Part shown: positions 27,620-36,303 of the stretch, piece by piece
Layout: each line of letters starts with the position of its first letter
Position numbering within the stretch: position 1 is the first letter of the stretch
IMG/VR virus record: IMGVR_UViG_3300010348_000547
Coordinates: 566 to 64,565 of that record
DNA: 64,000 bases
Reading direction: 5' to 3' (one strand)
Origin: a virus
Taxonomy: Duplodnaviria > Heunggongvirae > Uroviricota > Caudoviricetes
The notes under the pieces: generated by a model
Told to the model about the DNA's origin: nothing
Databases searched by the model: none
The model's input: only the letters and a program-made list of their open reading frames with translations
Made by a program: the position numbers and the translations under genes

Positions 27620-28696
27620 ATGAGCTACAATTATACCCTAAAATACAGAACATTTGAGCAGCTATTGGCTGACTGTCAAGTGGATTTTCAGAACTACAAT
27701 CTGCAGAACATGATTGAACCTCAGCAACTAATTAAGGTTGCTAAGCGTGTTAACTATGACTTGGGTTTAAGGATAAACATGACCAAGGAAACTATCCTTG
27801 AGGTAGAGAAAGGACGTGTTAAATTACCTGATGATTTTTACACATTGAACTTTGGATTGATATGTGCTGACGTTGTTGTTCAACAAACATTCCCTCAAGG
27901 AACGCATATTGAAGAAATTCCGTTGGTAGCTCCTTACAAGGAGACTTCGTCGGTAATCAATACTTGTTCTCCTGAGACAGTAAACTGTACAAAATGTAAT
28001 CAGCTACCTTGTGGTTGTGCTTCGGCATCATGCCCAGGATCTGAATGTGGTTCAAATTGCAGTTGTGAATCTTGCATTACACCGGAATACAATCCACTAG
28101 TTCCTTATGGAGACTACTGTGTAAAACCAAGAGTGTTCATGAACTGTAAGAATGAGTGTTACGAGTTAGTTCAGAAAGTGAACAACTCTACATTTACATA
28201 CAGAAACCTTCTTCCTTTACGTATTGTGGAGAATCCAGAATCTGTAGAGTGTGATTGCCCGAATTTGTATTTACAGACTGGTAACAAGGCTTGGATTCAA
28301 AACGGCTTTCTTTTCACAAACTTTACGACTGGGAAAGTTTACATTAACTACCAAGGTCAAATGGAAGACGAGCAAGGAAACTTGTTAGTACCTGACCATG
28401 ATATGCTTAATGAGTATTATGAGTATGCTGTTAAGAAGCGTATCCTTGAAAACCTTATCATGAATGATGAGAATGTTAACCAGGCTAAAATTCAGTTAAT
28501 CGAGACCGGTTACAGAACTTCAAGAAACTACGCTCTTTCAATTGTAAATACACCAAACTTTGCTGAGCTTAAACGTGTTTGGGTAGCCAACCGTAGAGCA
28601 ATGTACGCAAAGTACTATGACATGTTTAAATCATATCCTTGGTACCAATGGGACAGAAACCCTAACGGTGTTATGGGAGACCAAATAATCAGATAA
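27620..28696 (+). CDS. Tail tubular (P22 gp4-like) ring protein with a Cys-rich insertion
   Basis: 358 aa directly before the muzzle gene. It has NGFLFTNFTTGKVYINY and EYYEYAVKKRILENL, plus a 10-Cys insert. Confidence 0.6.
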   Translation: MSYNYTLKYRTFEQLLADCQVDFQNYNLQNMIEPQQLIKVAKRVNYDLGLRINMTKETILEVEKGRVKLPDDFYTLNFGLICADVVVQQTFPQGTHIEEIPLVAPYKETSSVINTCSPETVNCTKCNQLPCGCASASCPGSECGSNCSCESCITPEYNPLVPYGDYCVKPRVFMNCKNECYELVQKVNNSTFTYRNLLPLRIVENPESVECDCPNLYLQTGNKAWIQNGFLFTNFTTGKVYINYQGQMEDEQGNLLVPDHDMLNEYYEYAVKKRILENLIMNDENVNQAKIQLIETGYRTSRNYALSIVNTPNFAELKRVWVANRRAMYAKYYDMFKSYPWYQWDRNPNGVMGDQIIR

Positions 28697-31600
28697 TGGC
28701 AGGACAGAACCCAAACGAAATAGGCACACGCAGATTTGATAAAGGTCTGAATGAAGATGTGAATGACTTCCATTTACCAGAGAACGAGTGGACACATGCG
28801 CGTAATGCGATTAACAACTCAAGAACTGGTGACTTAGGGAAGTTGGGCAATGAGCCGTCTAACTTAGACTGCTTAAAATTGTCTTTACAGAAACCTTACA
28901 CTATTATCGGTACCTTACACATTACTGCAGATAAGTGGTTGATTTACTCTACTGACGACACTAACTCCGAGATTGGTATATTTCAGGAGAACAAGTGTGG
29001 TATGGTTGATGCTTACCAAAGTATTGTTAATGATGCATGCTTGAAGTTCAATAGACTTCACCTTATTAAGGGTGTGGTACGTGCTACAAGTACTTGTACT
29101 TATAAAGCTTACTGGGATGATGGTAACAATGTATCAAGAACTTTAGAGTTTGATGCGGATAACATTGCCGCAAATGCTTACACTAATCCTAATAGTACTA
29201 TTCCTTGGATTCAAACTTGTGTTGATAGTAATGGACCAGGTACACCAGGTGGTTGTATCATTTGTACAAATACACCTGCATTAGACTGTGAGAAAATTCG
29301 TTTAGCAAGATTCATTGACAGACCTTGTTTAAACATTACAAAAGGTGTTAGCTCAGGAACTTTACTGAATGGTTCATACATTGTTGCAATTGCTTACAGT
29401 ATTAACAATGTAAAGGTGAGTGATTGGTACGTATCAAATGTTCAGCCTCTTTTTCATCATGCAAACAATGCGTGTTCTCTTGATGTCACCTTCTGGAACT
29501 TAGATAAAGGATTTGATGAAATCCAGGTGGCAATCATATCTGTAATTAGCAATCAAACTGTTGTTCGCTTAGCGGGCACATATAGCACACAGTCTCAAAG
29601 AATAAGCTTTGACACAATCGATAATACATGGCCTACTGTTCCTATCCAGAATATTCCCATCATCACTCCGATAGTTGATAAAACAGACGCTATGTACTCT
29701 GTTGGTGATTATTTAATCAGAGTGGGACCAACATCAAAAGAGGATTTCAATTATCAGCCAATAGCAAACAGAATTGTTACTAAGTGGCAAGCAGTTGAAT
29801 ATTCAACCGACTACTACCGTAAAGGTGGTAGCAACACTGGATACATGCGTGATGAGGTGTATCCATTTTTTATCCGTTGGGTGTTTGATACAGGAGAGAG
29901 ATCTTCTGCATATCACATCCCAGGACGTCCTGCATTTGCCGGTGAAAAAACACTTATCACTACAGATGCTATCGGAGACGAAGTAACTGCAGGTATTAAC
30001 TATAAATGGTACATTCAAAATACAGCTACTCAAACAGCAACACCTAATACGCCATTGCCTGATGGAGGTGTGGTAGTAGCTGAAGGTTATATGGGTTACT
30101 GGGAATCTTCTGAGTTTTATCCAGATGATAAGCCTCAAGTATGGGATGGAGCAACCAATCCTCTAGGAGGAGGTTTCAATATCAATACCCCTTTATATCC
30201 TGGAACAAACGTTACTGAGTTAGATTTATGCGGAACAGCAATCAGACATCACAAAATGCCTGACTTAGAAACATCAGCTAATACCCAGTATTACAATCCG
30301 GCTAATAACAAAATCCGTATCATAGGTGTTAAATTTGAAAACATTGACCCACCATTAATGAATGATGGTGTTACGCCTGTACCAGGAATTGTTGGTTACG
30401 AAATCCTTCGTGGTGCCCGTAATGGTAACAAATCAATTATTGCAAAAGGATTGATTTCAAACATGGGTCTATATAACATTCCTGATTCAGGAGGGCAAAG
30501 AGGGGCATATGTAAATTATCCTTATAATGAACTACGTCCAGATCCATTCTTGACAGTAGGTCAGATTGAAGGTAACTCTTGTTCTATTGGAGGTGGTGGT
30601 AGTGCTGCTACACAAGCACCTTTAGACCGGTTTTCAAGAGACCTTATTTCTTTCCATAGCCCTGATACAACTTTTACTGACCCTTATTTGTCAGCTAAAG
30701 AGATGAAGATTCATGGTGAAATGAACGGTGATGTAAATGGTAAGTTTGAGTATTCAGAGCAGCACCCGAAAGAGAAGCTTATAACAAACTTGACATTTAT
30801 CATATCTTGTATTGGTGGTATGGGTTTAGCGGCATTAGCACAAAACGGTAAACGAAATGTGAAGTATGCTGCGCCTAAGCATAATGGTTATTCAGAAGCT
30901 AACTTACCAGGTGTAACAACTTGGTCTGCGCCTTATGGTGTAGGTGCTGCTACAATTGCTACTGCTGCAACAGGTATTAGAACTTCACCAACATTTTTAG
31001 ATAACTCAACGTTATTAGGAACAGCCGCAAATACCTTAACAAATACTGCATGGACAACTCAAGCTTTACAACAAGGTTTAGGTACCATCTGGTTAAAGAG
31101 TTTAATCGGGGTTACTAATTCAGAGGGTGCATTACCGAATACTACACCTACATACTATTCAAGTTTATGGCAATCGTCTAACTCTATAACGCGAGGTGTT
31201 ACTTCAAGAAGTCGTGACATTGATTATGAAGATGGTGAACTTGCGCAAATTCCTGGTGTATTAAGAGGGATTGCGGGTATTCCGTTATTCATTAATAACT
31301 TTACTAGAGCTACTGACCAATTACTAAGTTTCTTTAAAGCTGTAATTCGTTACAGAGATTTTGCTTTACGTTACCATTCACATTGTTTTTATAGCCGTTT
31401 TGCAGGCCCTCCTTCAAACGGTAACAAGCGTTATGAAATTCAAGATGCTCAATACATTGGTCCACAGTTTGCAAACTTCAGTTCTGGTATTAAGGTGAAT
31501 AACTTACTGCGTGCTAAAACAGTTGCAGTTCAGCTTAACCCTAATAAACCAGTTGTTGATCCATCTGTGAACGATGTGACTCGTATCAAGGCTTCCAATG

Positions 31601-33864
31601 TAAGTGACTTGTATGAATACGAGTATCCAAACTTAGGTGGTAACTTAGTAATCAAACATCCGGAAAAGCAAGCCTTTGGTCCAGCTTCTTCTTACCAAAA
31701 CATTACAGGTGGTAATGCAGGTATTCAAGTAGCATCTTCTCATTACGTTTCTTTAAAGCAAAGAATACGTAATCAGTATGGACAAATTAACGGTATTGTA
31801 ATGGTACCAGCATCAAACTGTATCTTCTTCAACAATCAAACAGAAACAATTTTTGGTGGAGATACTTACGTAGGGCGTTATACTGAGAAGAACACTTTCT
31901 TCTATTTCTATAACTGGTTATTTGGACAACCGGACGGAGCACAACTAAATTACAAGAAGCAAGTGAATGTACCGTATCCGCGTTTCTTTGCCAACTTTGA
32001 GCAATTTGAAACAGGAGATTTTGTACAATCTTTATCAAACTTCTTTACAACAGCTGTATTTTCTAACCCGTCTTCCGTGTTCAATAACTTGGTTGTTCCT
32101 TCTGATTACTACAACCTGGATGGACAAAACTGTTACTCTACATGGTTATCAATCTCTCAAATGAGATTTGCTGTGCGTTATCAGTATTTCTATTTATTCA
32201 ACTCAAGTGTGAAAGATTTCTTTGTTGAGACTGAGACTAATATAGATTTACGTGACTGGGGTGATAGTATTCCGGAGCAACATTATGACCCATACAGATT
32301 TACTGATACTAAAGCTTTGTTTGATACAAAGTACATCAAAGATGTGAACTACTACAAGTATGACCAATCTTTGAGTATTGCTAAACTGTTTATGAACTAT
32401 GCTTCTTGGGGACAAGTACAACCAAGAACGTATGACCCATACATAGCTGAGACTTGTTACATTTACAACCCAACAAGAGTTATATACTCGCTACCGTCAC
32501 AGTTTGAAAACTTACACGATAGTTGGACTAATTTCTTGCCAAATAACTACTACGATTTTAATACAAGAGTAACTTGTATTAAACCGGTAAATAAAAACGG
32601 TGCTCTTATCTTCTTTGAAGGAGAGAGTCCTGCTCAATTCTTTGGTACAGACCAGTTACAAACAACAGGTGGTACCAAGCTTACTATTGGAGATGGTGGT
32701 TTATTTGACCAACCTTTACAGAACATTGTCAATGCAGATCGTCCTTACGAATATGCATCTTGTCAAGATAGATTATCTGTGGTGAATACACCGGCAGGTA
32801 TTTACTGGATTAGCCAGAATCAAAACAAGATATTCATGTTTGGTGGAGGATTGACTGAGGTATCAATGATGGACATGAAATGGTGGTTAATCAACTATCT
32901 ACCGTACCATTTATTGAAACAGTTCCCTGACTTTTCAGTTACGGAGAATCCAGTAGTGGGTATTGGTAGTCAGTCAATTTACGATAACCAAAATGGTCTG
33001 TTGTATTTCACAAAGCGTGACTATAAGGTACGCGGTGATCTTGCTCCTGAAATAACAATAGGGTATCTAGGTGGCATTGAGTTCGAAGTACGTTGGAATG
33101 GTGAGAGAAGATTCAGCATTGAGTTAGGTAATCCGGAATACTTTGAAGATGCATCATGGACTATCAGTTATGACCCAAAAACAAAAGCTTGGGTTTCTTA
33201 CCATGATTGGCACCCCACATTGTTAATGCCAGGAAAGAATACTTTCTTAAGCGTTAAGGATACAGGTATCTGGTTGCATAATGTAAGAACTGATAGCTAC
33301 TGTAATTACTACAACAAAGACTATCCATTTGAAGTTGAATACATGGTTGACAGTGCTCAACAAGTAAATACTTTACGTAGTATTCAGTACCAGTTAGAGT
33401 GTTACAAGTATGCTAAAAATAACTACGACCGTTTCCATGTGTTAGACTTCAACTTCGATGAAGCTGTTGTTTATAACACAGAACAGGTATCCGGTTTATT
33501 GAAGCTTATCTTGAACCCGAGAAAAGACCCGTTTGACATGATTCAGTATCCAAAGGTGAACTTTGACAATATTGAAATCATTTCATCTAAGCAGGAGAAC
33601 AACTATCGCTTCAACCAGTTCTGGGATATCACTGATGACCGTGGAGAATACAACCCAAATGCACAACGTGTAATATGGAATACCGGTGCAAACGGATATG
33701 CTCGCGAGTTGAATCCAAATAACATGAACTATGCTAAAGATGAATTTCAACGTAAGAAGTTCAGGCATTACTTAAATTACGTATTTTTGCGTAGGAATGT
33801 GTGCGGAGATAGAAAAATGCTTATATTGTTCACTAACAACAAAGAGTTAAATTCACCTAGATAA
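28696..33864 (+). CDS. Tail stabilization (P22 gp10-like) or muzzle protein
   Basis: 1722-aa beta-rich protein. N-terminal KGLNEDVNDFHLPENEWTHARNA; YMRDEVYPFFIRW; C-terminal WTISYDPKTKAWVSYHDWHP. Coupled to both neighbours by TAATG. Confidence 0.75.
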   Translation: MAGQNPNEIGTRRFDKGLNEDVNDFHLPENEWTHARNAINNSRTGDLGKLGNEPSNLDCLKLSLQKPYTIIGTLHITADKWLIYSTDDTNSEIGIFQENKCGMVDAYQSIVNDACLKFNRLHLIKGVVRATSTCTYKAYWDDGNNVSRTLEFDADNIAANAYTNPNSTIPWIQTCVDSNGPGTPGGCIICTNTPALDCEKIRLARFIDRPCLNITKGVSSGTLLNGSYIVAIAYSINNVKVSDWYVSNVQPLFHHANNACSLDVTFWNLDKGFDEIQVAIISVISNQTVVRLAGTYSTQSQRISFDTIDNTWPTVPIQNIPIITPIVDKTDAMYSVGDYLIRVGPTSKEDFNYQPIANRIVTKWQAVEYSTDYYRKGGSNTGYMRDEVYPFFIRWVFDTGERSSAYHIPGRPAFAGEKTLITTDAIGDEVTAGINYKWYIQNTATQTATPNTPLPDGGVVVAEGYMGYWESSEFYPDDKPQVWDGATNPLGGGFNINTPLYPGTNVTELDLCGTAIRHHKMPDLETSANTQYYNPANNKIRIIGVKFENIDPPLMNDGVTPVPGIVGYEILRGARNGNKSIIAKGLISNMGLYNIPDSGGQRGAYVNYPYNELRPDPFLTVGQIEGNSCSIGGGGSAATQAPLDRFSRDLISFHSPDTTFTDPYLSAKEMKIHGEMNGDVNGKFEYSEQHPKEKLITNLTFIISCIGGMGLAALAQNGKRNVKYAAPKHNGYSEANLPGVTTWSAPYGVGAATIATAATGIRTSPTFLDNSTLLGTAANTLTNTAWTTQALQQGLGTIWLKSLIGVTNSEGALPNTTPTYYSSLWQSSNSITRGVTSRSRDIDYEDGELAQIPGVLRGIAGIPLFINNFTRATDQLLSFFKAVIRYRDFALRYHSHCFYSRFAGPPSNGNKRYEIQDAQYIGPQFANFSSGIKVNNLLRAKTVAVQLNPNKPVVDPSVNDVTRIKASNVSDLYEYEYPNLGGNLVIKHPEKQAFGPASSYQNITGGNAGIQVASSHYVSLKQRIRNQYGQINGIVMVPASNCIFFNNQTETIFGGDTYVGRYTEKNTFFYFYNWLFGQPDGAQLNYKKQVNVPYPRFFANFEQFETGDFVQSLSNFFTTAVFSNPSSVFNNLVVPSDYYNLDGQNCYSTWLSISQMRFAVRYQYFYLFNSSVKDFFVETETNIDLRDWGDSIPEQHYDPYRFTDTKALFDTKYIKDVNYYKYDQSLSIAKLFMNYASWGQVQPRTYDPYIAETCYIYNPTRVIYSLPSQFENLHDSWTNFLPNNYYDFNTRVTCIKPVNKNGALIFFEGESPAQFFGTDQLQTTGGTKLTIGDGGLFDQPLQNIVNADRPYEYASCQDRLSVVNTPAGIYWISQNQNKIFMFGGGLTEVSMMDMKWWLINYLPYHLLKQFPDFSVTENPVVGIGSQSIYDNQNGLLYFTKRDYKVRGDLAPEITIGYLGGIEFEVRWNGERRFSIELGNPEYFEDASWTISYDPKTKAWVSYHDWHPTLLMPGKNTFLSVKDTGIWLHNVRTDSYCNYYNKDYPFEVEYMVDSAQQVNTLRSIQYQLECYKYAKNNYDRFHVLDFNFDEAVVYNTEQVSGLLKLILNPRKDPFDMIQYPKVNFDNIEIISSKQENNYRFNQFWDITDDRGEYNPNAQRVIWNTGANGYARELNPNNMNYAKDEFQRKKFRHYLNYVFLRRNVCGDRKMLILFTNNKELNSPR

Positions 33865-36302
33865 TGAGTCATAATTCATCAACATTTGGTAAAGATTGGA
33901 AAGCCGCAAAGGCTTTGAAACAAGGCAAATCACCTAAGGTGGGTTCTCTTGCTGTACACAGAAACAAGTCAAACGAAACAAACAAAAATATACAAACAAG
34001 TATCAACCACTTGATGGAACGTAACACAATGTTGTTCGGACCAGCAGGTCATAATTTTTATAATCCCATGGCAAACAAAAAACAGCTTGGAGGAGATAGC
34101 GGAGCTCCTCATAACGGGCAACCAACAGCATCACAATTCTTCAACTTTGGACCAGTGCCGCAAGGTCCAGTAGGATTCTATATGCACGGTGGTATTAATT
34201 TGCCAGAAGCATTTCCACAACAACCGACTGCTAATGTGTTCTTTTCAGGAGCACCATGGGCTTCACATCTAGGTTCAATGGCTTATGGTGGTGCACCATG
34301 TTTTGAATGTGGTGGAGCTCATATGGAAATGGGTGGAATGACTCAGTTCGGTGGAGTAAATGATGGTAGCATGGATAACTTTAAAGAAGGTGGTCATTGG
34401 ATTCAAAAAGCTACAAAGAATATGCGTAAGGATCATCCTTGTACAGGGTCAAAATTTGGTGGACCAGATTGTCCTCCAGGTTCAAAACGTTACAACTTAG
34501 CTAAGACTTTCCGTGCTATGGCTAAGAAAGCTTACGGTGGAACTTCTGATGGTGCTGACCAAGATGATGTAATTGCTCAAAGAGCTAATCAGTTTAACAA
34601 CTTAGTACGTATGAACTACGGAATGGCTGAAGCTGAAAACCAAATGAACAAGCTTAACGCAATGGCGCAAGATGCTTCTATCTTGGGAATGCCTACAGCA
34701 GCTTATGGCTATAACATGGGTTATGACCCAGCAATGCAACAAGCTGCTGCTAATTATGGTCAAGCTCAAGGTATGCTTGACCAAATGAACAATGCAGGTA
34801 AACAAGCAACCGCTGGTTTCTTTAATGCATTTAATACCGGTTTGCAAAACGCTTATGCTCCTGGAAACCAATACATCAAATGGAAGATGACACCTACTAA
34901 ACAGATGGGTGGAGATTTACCTAAAGCCGCATTTGGGTATGATTCTTATGGTCGTCCAGCTAATAATCAAATGGGTCCATTATCGTGGGATGAAACAAAT
35001 CAGAGAACCATTGACTCTATGCCTTGGAATTATCAATTTGGTCCAACACCAGCAGGTGGTTGGTACCGTGGTGTACCAGGTGTGACAGACATGCTTTACC
35101 GTTCGCCTCAGTATTCTCAAAGAAATCCAGACCAAACATATTGGACTTCCCAAAACGGTCAAACACGTTATGACTACGGTAACCCAGATTCTTGGTATAA
35201 TGTTTATCAACATCCTCAAGGTGGTGGTAACTGGAATACTCAAGGATGGAATTCACCAAATCCGTTCTACAATCAAATGTTTGGAAACCCTAATTTCCAC
35301 ACAGCCTTATCGGACTTTGAAGTAAAACGTGGTTGGTTTGGTTCTATGAACAACCCTAAGAAAGTGAAGATGCATTTCAATACTTATATCAATCCTCAAA
35401 CAGGAAAGGTAGAAGTAGCAACAACTCCTCAAGGGCCTACTGCAGGACCAGTTCAAGGAACACAAAATAAACCGGCTCCAGCTGATTATAATTTTATGGC
35501 TGATACAAATAAACAGTTACCTGGTCCACGTGCTGAACAAACACCTGATGTTGTTAAGTCTGATAGACAAAAACAGATTGAGCAATTCATGAGCACAATG
35601 CACACTCCAAACGGAACAAATAATTATAGCCCATCACCGGTACCTAATCCAACTAATACAGCAATACAAACTGTTAAGGACAATCGATTAAAACCTGATC
35701 CTAATAGCAATTACAACTTCATGGATGATGTGATGCAAAATCAGAGTCAGGCCGGTCCAAGAACAGGAATGGCTTATGGCGGTTATATTCCGGTAGCTGC
35801 ATTTGGTTACAATATGTATGGACAACCTGACCCAAATTTAATGGGCCCTTTATCTCCTGAGTATGAAGCGCAACTTGCTCAACAAGCTCCTCAAGCTCAA
35901 CAAGCAGGCACACCTTCAGGAGGATATGACCTTACTGGAAAGAGAAAGAATCCATGGTCAGGACAAGACATCTTTGGTGTTACTATGGGTATCTTAGGTA
36001 TGGGTACTAACCTAGCCTTAGGTGATGAGAAACGTAAAATGGAAGAGTACATGGCTAAGCAAAGTTTAGCTAACAATATGTTCTCTGCTGCAAATTCTTA
36101 CAGAGGTGATATTACTCAAACCGGTGCAGGTTACGGTGATCAGTTTGGTCATCAAAATCAAACTCCTCCAGGCGGTTATACTAAGAACGGTGGATATGTT
36201 TATGCAAAAGGTGGAGCATATCAAACAGGAGTTCCTGTGGAATTAACGGATGAGGAGATTGAAGAATTAAGAAAAGCTGGTCACAAAATAGATTTTGTTT
36301 AA
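33864..36302 (+). CDS. Low-complexity virion cargo protein with repeated hydrophobic-x-x-GG motifs
   Basis: 812 aa rich in G/Q/N/P/M/Y; directly follows the muzzle gene, the position of crAss cargo genes. Confidence 0.6.
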   Translation: MSHNSSTFGKDWKAAKALKQGKSPKVGSLAVHRNKSNETNKNIQTSINHLMERNTMLFGPAGHNFYNPMANKKQLGGDSGAPHNGQPTASQFFNFGPVPQGPVGFYMHGGINLPEAFPQQPTANVFFSGAPWASHLGSMAYGGAPCFECGGAHMEMGGMTQFGGVNDGSMDNFKEGGHWIQKATKNMRKDHPCTGSKFGGPDCPPGSKRYNLAKTFRAMAKKAYGGTSDGADQDDVIAQRANQFNNLVRMNYGMAEAENQMNKLNAMAQDASILGMPTAAYGYNMGYDPAMQQAAANYGQAQGMLDQMNNAGKQATAGFFNAFNTGLQNAYAPGNQYIKWKMTPTKQMGGDLPKAAFGYDSYGRPANNQMGPLSWDETNQRTIDSMPWNYQFGPTPAGGWYRGVPGVTDMLYRSPQYSQRNPDQTYWTSQNGQTRYDYGNPDSWYNVYQHPQGGGNWNTQGWNSPNPFYNQMFGNPNFHTALSDFEVKRGWFGSMNNPKKVKMHFNTYINPQTGKVEVATTPQGPTAGPVQGTQNKPAPADYNFMADTNKQLPGPRAEQTPDVVKSDRQKQIEQFMSTMHTPNGTNNYSPSPVPNPTNTAIQTVKDNRLKPDPNSNYNFMDDVMQNQSQAGPRTGMAYGGYIPVAAFGYNMYGQPDPNLMGPLSPEYEAQLAQQAPQAQQAGTPSGGYDLTGKRKNPWSGQDIFGVTMGILGMGTNLALGDEKRKMEEYMAKQSLANNMFSAANSYRGDITQTGAGYGDQFGHQNQTPPGGYTKNGGYVYAKGGAYQTGVPVELTDEEIEELRKAGHKIDFV

Positions 36303-36303
36303 G

